DNA of 64,000 bases from Asterias rubens (GCF_902459465.1 NC_047066.1:9176001-9240000), one strand, 5' to 3'. Positions 37,117 through 50,110 are shown, numbered from the stretch's first letter. Made by a program: numbers and translations. Notes: a model not told the origin generated them from the letters alone.

Positions 37117-38954
37117 TACAAAGAGATACAAAGTTGTTGTAGTAGCTTTTTTGTGCGAGATACATATTTTGTTTCAGTATCAAGTCACGACCTTGTTGAA
37201 ACATAAGGAGAATTTTGGGACCTTTTATGGTGCACGATGTTGTTCCATTATAAAAATTTATGCATCAAGGTTTCCAAAAGTGTTCATAAACATGCATGAC
37301 TTATGCAGTCTGTAGACCTCCAAATGATACCAAAAAGTGTGCTTAATTTTTTTCATTTTACAAATTTTTATTTGTGACACTGCCATTACAAAATTTGACT
37401 GTTCTCAGGAAAGGCCAACCACTTTACATGTAACAATTATTTATCTATATTTAGAGCTGCAAATAAAAATGGTTGCAAGATTTGACCTTCTTCCACTCGA
37501 CCCAACCTGACTACACATTTCTGAGTGTTTCCCATAATTACATTTGTAATGCTCCATGGCAAAACCAGGCACTCCTTTCCAATGTGCTTTCAACTGGCAC
37601 CTTATTAAGCCTTTTCTTTCATAAAGAAAGTTTAAAGGCTTATTGTTCATTTTTTTTTTTTTGCTTTCAACGCCATTTTAAATTTTTCAAGCAAGAAGTG
37701 CCACATACTTACATTTCTATTACCAAATAAACAAAAATTATTTTCAGACATTTTTACTGGTAAAAATTATGTCGAAATACAATATTTTTTGTCTTATCTA
37801 GGCATGAGGTAATGGAAATGGATAGATACAGGTAGCCGGTTTTGGGATATGGTAGACATAATGATGACAATAATCATGAGAACAAAACAGTTCCCTCATA
37901 TGTCAACCATAACTCAAGAAAGGCTAATGGTCTTTTGGGGTGTTAAAACTGAGATGCCATTACTCATTGCTAGACCAATTCGAAGTTAGGTCAGTTTTAC
38001 AAGTTTTCAGTAAAACATCCAGGTTCTTTTTGTGTAAACTTTCAAGCGGACAGTATATCACGGGTTGGAATCATTGAGAATAATTATCAGTTAAATAAGG
38101 ACGGACAAATTCTTAATACTTTAAAAAATATTTTGAAAACTTTTTGACAGTGCAGCCATGACTCTGGGAGCTTCACCTTTTTATAAACAGGCTTTATGTA
38201 AAAGCCAACTTTCTGTATTTTTAAACTGTACATGATCTGTAAATAATATTAAAAAGGATATAATTTATTCAAAGTAACCTATTTACATAAGTTTTGTTGA
38301 GCATTATAGTTGATCAGCATATAATTAAGAACTCTTCCAGCTTGCATGTAAAATCAGAATTGCACACCCAAGAGTGGAGGTAGGCGGAGGCAAAGGCAAA
38401 GCAAGTTTAACATTCAAAACAAGTAAAGGTTTTCCTATTGATTGTTCAAGTGCACTTGACGTTTGGGGTTCTCACCAGTACTAGTTTCCTACACACAATG
38501 TGTTAATATCAGACGTGCAACTTGTAATAAAAAAAAAAAAAAAATGGACAAGCTTACCAAACTTTATGCAGCATTTTCTATGGAACTATTTATTATAAAA
38601 AAGAAAATCAGCTCATTAGCTGAAAAGTTTTCATGCATAAAGTATGCCCTCTGGATGGAAACAATCTTTTTGTGGCAAATAACCATATAAAAACTTGCCT
38701 TGTTTTGAGTTATATAAAGACAAATTTGACCGATTGTTTTTTTTTTTTTTCCTTCCTTTATTCAAGCCAAATTAACCCATTCAGTCTCCTGTGGCTTATT
38801 CTTTGATATTAAAAATAAAACATGCATTGCCTGTAGGGGATTCCTCTGCTGCCGCTTCCAAGGTTGTTAAGTTACATGTACATGTACTTATAAACTTTGG
38901 TGTGGTCCCTGGTTATTACAGGTTGAATGGCATCCGACTGGCACCCCAAGCAAA

Positions 38955-39143
38955 TAGGGAGTTTTCGTTTTCGACGATGGATGGTCCTGCGACGGTAATG
39001 ATGACATTTGGCGGCTTTGAGGACGGTCATCCCTCAATTTCCACGACAGTACTTGGAATGAAGCTTCGTTGTGCTGAAAACGACGTTTGGCTGAAGAAAA
39101 CCGTCACAGACCCATCCGTCGTCGAAAACGTAAAATCCCTTAT
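38955..39143. mobile_element. MITE with TAGGGAG termini (second copy ~50388-50590)
   Basis: TAGGGAGTTTTCGTTTTCGACGATGGATGG ... CCATCCGTCGTCGAAAACGTAAAATCCCTTA; homologous copy downstream of CENPS. Confidence 0.72.
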
Positions 39144-40239
39144 CTTCAACACATTCCCTAGTGAATTTAACAGACGTCACTTGTGCTGATTTTAAAAATA
39201 CTGTTTTATATCGATAGACATTAAAGTTATTGGAGTTCTAAAATCAGGTCAGAATTACATTGACAAAAATAGTAAAAAATAAAAATCACCATTCCGTCCA
39301 AAGTGAGCTGTGTGTATTTTTAATTGAATTTCAAATGTCGTGCATGGAGGTATAGAACATTGTTTGCTGTATTTATAAAACAAGAAATAAAAAATTGTAA
39401 AAATCCACATTTTTGTCATGTCTTGTGTCTTATTTTGTATTGTTTATGTTGGCAACAATTTGAAATTGAAAAGTGTATAATGCTGTAACTTTAGGCTTTG
39501 AGTGCATAACAGCTAGGGACAAGATCAGGGCCCAATTTCATGGCTCTGCTTACCACCAATTTCTGCGCTTACGTTAACTATTCCCCACTTGACATGCAAG
39601 CGCCGAATTTCTGCGCAAGCCTTGTAAGCGTAGAATGTCTAGTAATGTTGAAGCCAAAATTCGCCGCTAGCCCATGAAATACGCTTGCCGTAAGGACATA
39701 ATTCCCTGCTTCCGTAAGCGTCGATTCTGTGCTTACGGTAAGCCAAGCCATGAAAATTGGGGCCTGATGTATTTGAAAACTACTTAAAAATGATGCTGAA
39801 TCTACCAGCCAAATGTTACAATTTAGGGGGTTTACAGATTATGTGCATCACCAGAAACACAAAGCTACTGGTTTGGACACACAATGGATTATTCAATCCT
39901 CACTTATGTGATTGCAAATACTTCTTTCATGAGAAAATGGTTTTGAGAAAATCCTGAAATCAGCAGAATCCTTACAAACTTGTGACAAGTAGGAGCAATG
40001 ATTTAGTTATAGCCAGCGCCAAAGTCATTATTTCTTGCACTGGCTGCCTAAAGCCCTGGACCCAATTTCACAGAGCTGGTTAAGCACAAAACTAACTAAG
40101 CACTTCAAAATCATGCTTACCAGAAAAAGATTACCAGCTAAAATACCATTTCACATGCACAGTGACTGGTATCCTGCTATATGTTGCTTAGCAGCAATAT
40201 TTTCTGCTTAAGCATCTCTATGAAATCAGGCCCTGTTTC

Positions 40240-43200
40240 TTAATACAACAAGGTAGCGTCACTCGATTCCATCCAGTTATTCTTAGACATTTCTTCGAGA
40301 ATGGTATTCCTTTGCAGACAGAGATTGGCGTGGGTCTCGATGATCCGCAGAGGGAACCTGACATTACACACTGGGCACGGCAAACAGTCTTCTTCATCGT
40401 CACTGTCGATGACTACGGTCCCTTTTGATGACTGATTGGCTGTAATGTAACCCCCTGGTGGTGATGGCGTCGACATGATTTGGACATTGGCAGGTGTCTT
40501 TCCAGGATTTGGCGGTGACGAGTTAGGAGATAGTTGCTTCTTGGATGGTTTACGCGATGGAACAGCCCCTTGATAGCTTGGCATGACAGCTGTAGGAATG
40601 TGAGTAGACATGGTTGGAGGATCTGCAAGTGGAAGCGACTCGCTTGCTTGCCTCCCACCTCGCCTGCCCCTGCCACGCCCTCTTCCTCGACCACCCCTTC
40701 CTCGGGATGTTTTCACCGAGGAAATAGGGCTTGGTGGTGAATCTGTAAAACTGTTTTGTGCCTTAGTAATGCTGCTTGCAGATTGGATTCCCTGGCAGTC
40801 CAGTATGTGGCCTGTAATTTGCCTCGCTGTGAACTTCACTGAAAGTGGATGGACGGGAAAGTGGAGGGAAACAAGAATTTATTAATAATCAGTCTTAACT
40901 TGTAAACAATTGTTTATTTTTTCGGACACAATACAAAAGTTGTAAACTTTTAAATTCCCAGCACATGACAACATCATTCATAAGTAAAAATGCAAATTTA
41001 TTATTATAAATAAAGTTTAATACCAGGGATAAATTAAAACACTTTGATCCAACTTACGGAAGCATTTGGGACAGTCTCTGAACTCCATGGGGGTGAGATC
41101 CAATAAGGTTGATGAGCTGCTGTGAGGGGATGGTGTGCTGTTGGTTTTTGTCTTTGGCTTCGTCTTTGGCTTAGTGTTTGGCTTTGGCTGTAAGTTTTGT
41201 CCCTTTTTCACTGCTTTTGGGACTTCAGGAGGAGACCTTGTACACAAGAAAAACAAAAAAACATTAACCAGGAGTAAAATCATAACGAAATTACAGCATG
41301 GTTCAATTTCATGGCAATAGGCAATGCAAGTCTCGCTCTGTCATTTCTAATAATTGTCCTGTCAGTGAAGTGTCCCTCTGAAAATCAAGAGAAAACTCAC
41401 CCGTTATTGACTAAATAATCTACTCTTGCCACCGCTAGCTCTTTGAAAACTTTCTTCTCTTGCTTGCTAAGTTTGCGTCCAAGAAGATTCTGTAAGCCTG
41501 GCCGAATGTCTGAAAGAAGGAAAACGATCTATGAGTTTGGTATAAACTAGATGCTAGAGGTCGTTTTAATGTACAGATTATTCATTCAAATACAAGGATA
41601 GTTATGGCTAACAGCACCAAATAAGCAAAAAAGTATATTTTACAAATAAAGGCAAAAGTATTTGTAAACTCTAAGGCCAGATACAAACTCTCAAACTAGA
41701 CACACAAATGGAATAACAATACACTACATGTATTTCAGTAATCAACATTAAACACAGTCAACAATCAACAAGATATACAACAAATCAAAAGTAAATATAT
41801 ACAAATTTTGTAATAAAAGACAAATTATACGAGAGGCCCGACTACTATTATTAATTATTTTCTGGTAATGAAACCAAGGATGTCTTGTAAGTGAACTTAA
41901 TCACCGAGGAAACCTGTAAACAAGGGTGCGTGCCATGTGAACCAGAAACACTGGGGCAAACCCAACAATCTTAAAGTGTTTTGGGTTCTTTTATATGCAC
42001 TACAAAGACTAGTACAACAAGCCTACAGCTTACTGTCCCATCTAACGGATAGAGCAATCTCGGTAAAGTGTCTTGCTCGCAAGTGCCACGACTGTGACTC
42101 GAACGCACACTCTGCCGACTCGAAACACCAGAGCTTGAGTTTGGTGCTCCTAACAGCACAGCCACGTTAACACCATGACAGGGCAGAAACAATTTAAAAA
42201 CAGTCAATACAAATAAGCAGAAAATGTAACCAAAAATTTAAAGCAGAATTGGGTATTTACAAGGGACACAAATAAAAACAATATCAAAACGGTTTTAATA
42301 GATGGACATTTGCATCAGGGTTATTATAAAACCATAATTTATGTCAAGATGACCATAAAATAAAAGTTACCCATATTTTCAGTCACAACAGATAAGAAAA
42401 GAGCGTAAATTAATTGCTCGAGACATTCCATTGATGACTCCCTACTTACCAGATAATTTAGAATCTAACAGGACACGCCCATGGGACCTGAGGAATTCTT
42501 CTGCAACTTCTTCAAACTGAAAAAAGGGTATAAAAAAGGAAACCCAGTTGATATATTGCAAAAATAAATAAGGACTATTTTACAAATTAGCAAATATTTT
42601 TTGTTTAAGTGGTTCTCTACCAATTTCAGCTTAGCAGATTACTGTTCTACTTACCTCTTTACATCTCATCTTGGTCGGGGATGTCGCGGTAGTTGAGTTA
42701 CTTGTTCTTTTAGTTGGAAGTTTTGGACCAGCCAACTTCTCCCGTTCTGTATGACCTTTCTTGACCTCTGCCCTTCCCTCTCCTAGGACTCTCTGCCTAA
42801 TATTGTTAGGCTGACCTTTAGACTCCGGCGATATTTTATGCCTTGAGTTCTTGTTACCATGAGCACGGTTACCAAGGTGATTCGAGGGAGGAGGGGAGTT
42901 TTTTCTTTGGTTTTCTGCATCACTATCTCGTCTTCGCTGATTCGCCGGGATCTTCCAGGAATTTTCTCTGCCCGTGCCGGGACTCTTGGCTGTATCGCTA
43001 CTCATTGTACCTCTCGAGGGATTTTCTGATCGTCTTGGAGTAACTTGACTGTTGGACGAGGCAAGCACCATCTGGGCTGACCGGCTGAGCGAGTTTGATT
43101 TGTCTGATCCACTGTCCGCAGTTGACGCCATCTTCAAGAGTCGGTTTTTCAGTTCTGCAGTCTCTCCATCACTGGATATTAAAAAAATCAACAACAAATT

Positions 43201-46200
43201 TTATTTTGTTTTTAACTATAGCGCTCTCATTTAAGGCCACACAAAGGTTTAGCAAACCGTACATTTTTGGAATCCTCATGACTAGACGAGTAAATTGATA
43301 TGATTGGAATATTTTTGAATTTTGACCCCCAAGTGACCTTGTCAATCCCTCCAAGAAATGTCTGACATTTTTAAAGGCAGCCCAAGTTCCAAATTTGTTG
43401 TATTCATCACACATCCGTAAGGTCACGGATGCTGCATTCGGGAATCCTACTGATGAAGACTGTAGAAAAATAATTTCCAATGTCGTGATCAAAAGTTAAA
43501 CATTTTGATTGTTTGTTGTCACCTGTACTTCTCGCTGTTTGTAGCCGTCATGACTTGTCTCTGAAAGCTAGAATTTGTCTTCCAAGAAGGAGACAGAACC
43601 ATGCGACCTCTTGGTGACTTGTTGTTCATGGTGGGTGTGTTCCCAGACTTATGATGAAGCTGAAAAACAAAACATACTTCTTTGTTTATAAAAATTATCA
43701 TAAATAAAATGATTTTAGTTAGGCATGACAATTTTGGTTGGTAGAGCAGAGTACCTTTTCCCAGTTCGTTCGAAGCAGTAATGGTGCCTTGCTCAAGGGC
43801 ACAAGTACCATGACCGGGATTCGAACCCACACTTTGCTGGTGACAACACTGGAGCTTGGGTTTCGGTGAACAAGCCGGCTTGGCCACAACATGCCACACA
43901 CAAATGCTACAACATGCAACACACAAATGCCACATGCTTTTCCAGGCTACTAAATGTTGCTGATTTTTTGGAGTGGAAAACAACCAGAATTCAGATTAAA
44001 GTAGGAAGCCAGGGATAAAAGTTAAAGACAGTGGACACTATTGGTAATTGTCAAAGACCAGTCTTCTCACTTTGTGTATCTCAACATATGCATAAAATAA
44101 CCAACCTGTGAAAATTTGAGCTCAATTGGTGGTCGAGGTTGCGAGATAATAATGAAAGAAAAAACACCTTTGTCACACGAAGTTGTGTGCATTTATATGG
44201 TTGATTTCGAGGCCTCAAATTCTAAATCTGAGGTCTCAAAATCATATTAGTGGAAAATTACTTCTTTCTCGAAAACTAAGGTACTTCAGAGAGGTAGTCG
44301 TTTCTCACAATGTTTTATACTATCAGCCTCTCCCCATTACTCGTTACCAAGTGAGGTTTTATGCTAATAATTATTTTGAGTAATTACCAATAGTGTCCAC
44401 TGCCTTTAAAAAAATTGTAGGAGATCACAAAAGACACAATGTAGGGACAAACCCACGGCAAAACTAAAGGCAGTATTTGGAAATTACCTTGGTCATTGTG
44501 GGTCCTGGACTGACAGTTTGATCTTGGTCTTTCTTATCCTCTAGCGACCGGAGACGGATGAAGGCTAGACCAAACTGAGAATCTTTCTTATATGGCTGAC
44601 TGCATACTACTTTAATGCGATCCCATTCATCGGCTAGACTTTCCTCAGTCAAGTTGGCTTTACAGGGAAAAAAAAAAAAAAATCATAACATTATGGAAAC
44701 TATGGATAAATCACAAAGACAACTGTGCTTACCAATTACATGTTTCTGCTCAGCAAAAATTTGTGAAACACAATTGCCTTCATAAGGACCTCTTGACTTT
44801 TTCTTTCAATTAAAAAAACAGCACTTGACACTATTGGTAATTACTCAAAATAATTCTTAGCATAGAAACTTACTTGGTAATGAGCAGTGATAGTGTAAAA
44901 CATTGTGAGAAACGGCTCCCTCTGAAGTAACTTAGTTTTTAAGAAAGAAGTAATTTCCCACGGAAATATTTTAATTGAATTCAGCTGAGGTCTCGAAATC
45001 AAGCATCTGAAAGCACACAACTTGTGCGACAAGGGTGTTTTTATCTTTCACTTGCAACTTCCACGACCAATTGAGTTCAAATTTTCACAGGTTTGCTATT
45101 TTATGCATATGTTGAGATACACCAAGTGAGAAGACTGGTCTTTGACAATTTCCAGTAGTTTCCATCCAGTGCCTTTTAACCAGTTTTAGACTTTACCTTT
45201 GGTGAACATTTTCACGCCGCATTTATTCTGTCCACTTTTGCATTCCATTGGCGACATCAGTATAGTGGCTGGGATTAAGGTCACAAATCTATTACTGGAC
45301 CAGGAAGATTTCTGGACAAGTATCTCCACAAAGGCTGATCCATAGTTGCCTGAAACAAGAAAACAAACAAAATTTGTTTAGTAGAATAGCGCCCTCTAGG
45401 GATCGTGTTTGGTTTACATACTACGAGTTATGTGATTCTCTAATGAATGGTACGGATAGATCTTCACTCTTTTATACAGTACCATTGTTCGGCTCCTCTC
45501 CGTGTCAAAATATTAGTGGTGGGCAAGGCTATAAATCTTCTATTTTTCCACAGTCCACCAAAGGTGAATGGTCTTGGATCAACAATTTATGACTAATTAT
45601 GGGGCCATCATTGCTGAAGTGCAGGCTTCAGGCATGATGCCTGGTTTCCAAACTGTTCATGTTATGGGGCCCTGCAATAAGTTGAATGGCATTTTGACTG
45701 TGTTCTTTCTCCGTGCCATTGATACCCCATTATTAGCTGTGTCTCAGATCAATGCCGATGGACAATAGTTAGATTTATTTTAGGGAAAATTTGTCCTGGG
45801 TGGCAATTATATCTTTGCAGCTAAGAGTTCTTCTTTTTCTTCCTTGGTGAGTACAGTCCGCCAATTTGGTATTGCGTACTTTGTTCATGGCAAAAATTGT
45901 GAGTTCTCGGCGCGCACCTGCCCAGAACCGCCCAGCACTATCCACAACCTACCAAGATCAACGTAGCCAATCTTGGCTGCTTTCTCCAGCTGGAACAGTG
46001 CCTGTATGGAGCCCGATCGGTCCCCCGATGAACACAGCCAGCGTTTCCATTGACTGCTCTGATGTAGCAGATTCTCTACCTTATGAATAGGATCCTGGAA
46101 ATCACAAAACAAATTTGATGTTAGTAATTTACCACAAAGAAGTTTCTCAGCCTTCTTCTGCTTCATTCATCATACATGCACATCGACATCACCTCAGAGG

Positions 46201-47234
46201 GAAGGCTGGGTGCTTTTCATAAATCTTTGCAAAGGACTAGTTAAACATTATTGTTAATACAATAATAAATACAATATTATCTTGAAGTACGCGCTAATCC
46301 TCCAATCAGATACGCAGAATGGAGTGGTGATAAAAACCTATACTGTTGGGCTAATATCACTACCTGCGTCTTGTGTGTTCTATGCCACGCGCCAAGTTTG
46401 CTTGAAGACAAATACATTATCACACGCACGCTCGTGGAAATACGAAAAATATATCGCGTCTGCGTCCCATATCCAACTCGGCCTTCAGCCTCGTTGGATA
46501 TGGGACGCAGACGCGCTATATTTTTCCGTATTCCACTCACGCTTGTGTGATAACTTATACAATCAATACATGGATAATGTATTATATTATTGTTCACATT
46601 CACAACAACCAGCGACTACTTTCTTATTTATAATTAGGCTAGTTTAATATTTTTACACTTTTGCAATAATTACACTTTTATAACTAAGTTTTTACCCAAA
46701 AAGCAAAGGAACAATTTGAGTAAATTAGTAGTAGATACCAATCAATTTAACAGTTATTTATATTTATTTCATTCCTGATTCAGTAACAAATGATGGCAGG
46801 ATTGGAATTGGATAGAGTTTGGAAAAATTTCTGTATCACTATATCATGCCACAAATGTCATTCGTTTTTTGGTAAAAATATGTGCCCCCCCCCCCCTCCC
46901 CCTCATTCACCCGCTTCATTCATTCATACACTACAGTACAGTTTTCCCCATGCCATGATAACAACGCGCTAATTAATAATAATAAAAACATGAATAGGCA
47001 TAGCGTGTGACCCTGGGTTTGGGTGAAACAAACATTTAACCATGGAGCTTGCTCCATGATTTAACATACACAACGGGAAGAAACAACTCAAAAATATCAA
47101 TACCTTTATATTAGTAAATACTTCCTTTCAATTAATGCTTTAATTTACTTTAACTTAAAACAACACTTTTCACCCAAAATGTAACAAACCTGAGAACTGA
47201 ACACGATGACTTCTCTCAATTTTACTGGCGCCAT
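40240..47234 (-). CDS. XNDC1: XRCC1 N-terminal domain-containing protein (XNDC1-like, ~705 aa) with a C-terminal UBZ4-RGG-UBZ4 region
   Basis: Exons 47190-47234, 45953-46094, 45197-45349, 44488-44657, 43523-43659, 42655-43171, 42450-42516, 41401-41509, 41058-41236, 40240-40838 (2118 nt, open). The N-terminus MAPVKLREVIVFSSQDPIHKVENLL...QLEKAAKIGYVDLGNYGSAFVEILV...TLIPATILMSPMECKSGQNK...WDRIKVVCSQPYKKDSQFGLAFIRL is an XRCC1-NTD fold, closer to XNDC1 (MAPVK start, DRSG, SSW motifs) than to XRCC1. No BRCT domains seen. Confidence 0.88.
44022..44409 (-). mobile_element. MITE family A, reverse orientation, in an XNDC1 intron
   Basis: TTAAAGACAGTGGACACTATTGGTAATT...AATTACCAATAGTGTCCACTGCCTTTAA, ~28-bp TIR. 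Confidence 0.88.
44810..45179 (+). mobile_element. MITE family A, degenerate copy
   Basis: Family A body (GAGAAACGGCTCCCTCTGAAGTAAC...GAAGACTGGTCTTTGACAATT) with eroded ends. Confidence 0.78.
46417..46553. repeat. Long inverted repeat (~60-bp stem, 15-nt loop) within a palindromic element in XNDC1 intron 1
   Basis: TTATCACAC...GAAAAATATATCGCGTCTGCGTCCCATATCCAAC - TCGGCCTTCAGCCTC - GTTGGATATGGGACGCAGACGCGCTATATTTTTC...GTGTGATAA. Confidence 0.85.
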
Positions 47235-47479
47235 GTTGAAATACCGCGCCAAACTTTGCCCTGGTACGCGGCCCGCGAGCTACTTTACACAGTGCACATC
47301 AATTTGATAGTCACCAGTCAAACAAATTTTCACAAGCTCGGGGAGTCTATAAAATAACAACACGATGTTGTGTTTCTACAATTCCAGTGTGTGGCTGGCT
47401 CTAGATGAATTTCGCTCTAGATTAGTTGTGTGTTGTCTTTTTATTTTTCGCCTTTTACTTTTACCTTTCTATTCACGAT
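47235..47479. promoter_or_regulatory. Compact bidirectional promoter region, XNDC1/CENPS
   Basis: Divergent ATGs 245 bp apart; CpG-rich patch (GGTACGCGGCCCGCGAG at ~47262-47279). Confidence 0.75.
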
Positions 47480-50110
47480 ATGGCGGATCAAGAAGAGAGT
47501 GACAATCTTGCATATGTGCAGGTAATTTTTATTCCATTTTTTTCACAAGAATCACAGAGAATGTTGTTGTTGACACTATGGATGGAGTAGGCCTATAGTA
47601 TGTCCATCATATGTCTAGTGTTTGTGTGTGTTGACATGGTTGGGAAGGGGAGTCAGTACACCAACACTACAGACCTTCTTTCATTTACATGGAAACCAGT
47701 CAACTCGCCCCCCCCCCCCCCCCCCCCCCCAGCAAAGTCGCCCACTACAAAGTCGCCCCCAGCAAAGTCGCCCACTACAGTACAAAGTCACCCCCTGTCA
47801 AAGTCGCCATCACAAAGTTGCCCCCTGACAGAGTCGCCCCCCCCCACCCCCGACACAGTCGCCCCCCCCCCCACCCCCGACACAGTCGCCCCCTAACAAA
47901 GTCGCCCAGTGTCTGGTTGAGCGACGTAAAGCCATATTACAAAAAAAGAGGGCGCTTTTGCTTTTGAATATTTTTACGCCGGGTTTGAGCAATTGGAGCA
48001 TTTATGTGAAAAGTTATTGGCTTCATTTAGTCATACTTATGAAAGAAGAGTTATATCTATATTTTATTCAATTATAATATATACTTAGATTTGCCGTATT
48101 ATATGATTGTTTAATTATTTATGTAACAATAAAACAAATACCATATGCAGTATGTTATCTCTCTTTGGAAGATGAGAAAAGTGGAAAATCGCAGGGGTTG
48201 GGGTTGGTGGAAAAAATATAAATAGTCCAGGTGTGGATTTCACAAAGAGTTAGGACTAGTCCTATCTCGAGTTAGGACCAGTTACTCGTCCTAACTTAGG
48301 ACTATCCATGCAATGTGTATATCTCCTAGGACTAGTGCTAAGTTAGGACTGGTCCTAACTCTTTGTGAAATCGACCCCAGGCCCATAAAGGTGCTTTTTT
48401 AATGTCAACCTGAATTGAATGGATTGATTTGGGTTTTGGTGGTAATGAATAAGTCCATTAATTAAACGTAGCTTGTGACATCAGAGAAAGCTTTAAATAC
48501 GTGTACTTTGATGATCTTCCAATGCCGTGGTCCAAATCGCTGCTGCCCCCACTCCGAGAATCATCCAAGAGCAACATAACAAAGCCTATGGCTGGTCACC
48601 CCCAGATGGGTCCCAGGGTCCCAGTGATCCCTTCACGCTAGCCCGCTCTTTTGTTCCCTCAATCAATGATATAATTTTTTTCCCTTCTTACTCAGAGATT
48701 GAAGGCTGCAGTCCATTACAGCGTAGGTCAGGTCTGTGAAGAATTATCTCAAGAGCTTGATGTGACGTTTTCTCGTCAGTTTATCGCTGTTCTCTCTGAA
48801 GCAACTTTTAAACAAAGTGGTAAGACCCCAATATTGTACAAGACTTGATGTTACCACAATGTTTGTGACCCAAGGCTATTTTTTCAACTGCACAATTCAA
48901 TACCTAAAGGCACTTGACACTATTGGTAATTACTCCAAATAATTGTTAGCATAAAAACTTACTTAGTAACTAGCGATGGAGAGCTGTTTGAATGATAGTA
49001 AAAAAACATTGTGAGGAACGGCTCCCTCTGAAGCAACATAGTTTTTGAGAAAGAGGTATTACATTTCTCACTCAAATATTAAGGTACTTTAGGCCTGAAG
49101 TCTTTGTTGGGGCATCTGAAAGCACACAATTTAATGTGCAAGAAGGGTGTTCTTTCTTTCAATATTCTCTTGCAACTTCGACGACCAATTGAGTCAAATT
49201 ATTTTGGGGGATACACCCAGTTAGAATACTGGTCTTTGACTTTACCAAAGGAGTGCCTTTAAGCAATCTGCAGCTGGTAGTTTGTTTGCCTTGTTAGAAT
49301 AAAACCTCACCTTTTTTCTGTTTTTTTTTCTTGCTACAGCTATCTTTGCTACAGACCTGGAGCAATTTGCACAGTAAGTTATTTTTGGTTTCATTTATAA
49401 AAAATATAAAAAGTTGTGAACTCTTCTGTTAGATTTTTCTTTTACAACTTGCGTTACATTTTATTTTCTAGACATGGTAAAAGATCTGTCATCAATACGG
49501 ATGATGTCAAACTGTTAGCCCGAAGGAGCGCACCACTGGTATGCTATCATTCATCATTTTCTAAACTAGCCCAATTGCAAGACTTCTTTCCGATTTGAAC
49601 CCTTTCTCCCGATGGGGGTTTATAGTTCTAACTAATTCAACAAGCCTTGTGATTGACAATCACACCTGGTAAATCACCCCAAAGTAAATGTGGTTTGAAA
49701 ATCACCTGAACAAATTGAACTAGGTTGGAATGGTACAAGTAGGTGTTGCGACCTTGACTTCTGTAAAAGATGGAAAGACCAATTAATTTTGAATTTTGTT
49801 GAGTCACTCTTCATCGTTTACCAGATTTTCAATAGTTCATTTTGTTTGTAGATAGCTTATAAATTTTGTGGGTTGAACAGACACATTGACTAAAGCGCGA
49901 CTTAAACATGCGACCTCCCCAATTTATTTACCAGCGCTATATCTTAGCAATCAGTCATTTTGATAGACTTTCGCTTTTATCTTATAAAAACTACAGGCAA
50001 AGCACATACGGGATATGAATGAGCAGCAGAATGCAAGTAACGAGGTGGAAAAGGAGAAGCGGAAAACCAAGAAAGGGAAAAAGTCAAGTAAAAGTACCTC
50101 AGTGGACTGA
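47480..50110 (+). CDS. CENPS: Centromere protein S (CENP-S/MHF1/APITD1), histone-fold, 126 aa
   Basis: Exons 47480-47521, 48696-48819, 49340-49373, 49472-49538, 49997-50110. RLKAAVHYSVGQVCEE...FSRQFIAVLSEATFKQSAIFATDLEQFAQHGKRSVINTDDVKLLARRS is the CENP-S signature. Confidence 0.96.
47695..47910. repeat. GC-rich AAAGTCGCCC(C/A) tandem array with poly-C runs, CENPS intron 1
   Basis: Repeated (AA/AC)AGTCGCCC units of variable spacing, visible directly in the sequence. Confidence 0.8.
48904..49262 (+). mobile_element. MITE family A, degenerate copy in CENPS intron 2
   Basis: TAAAGGCACTTGACACTATTGGTAATTACTC...GAGTGCCTTTAA. Confidence 0.78.

Noticed and set aside
38791-39189. 132-aa ORF
   Set aside because: It spans a TIR-bounded MITE that has a second, non-coding copy at ~50390; a chance ORF.
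40240-47234. Calling this gene XRCC1
   Set aside because: No BRCT domains; the N-terminal motifs and UBZ-type C-terminus fit XNDC1 better.
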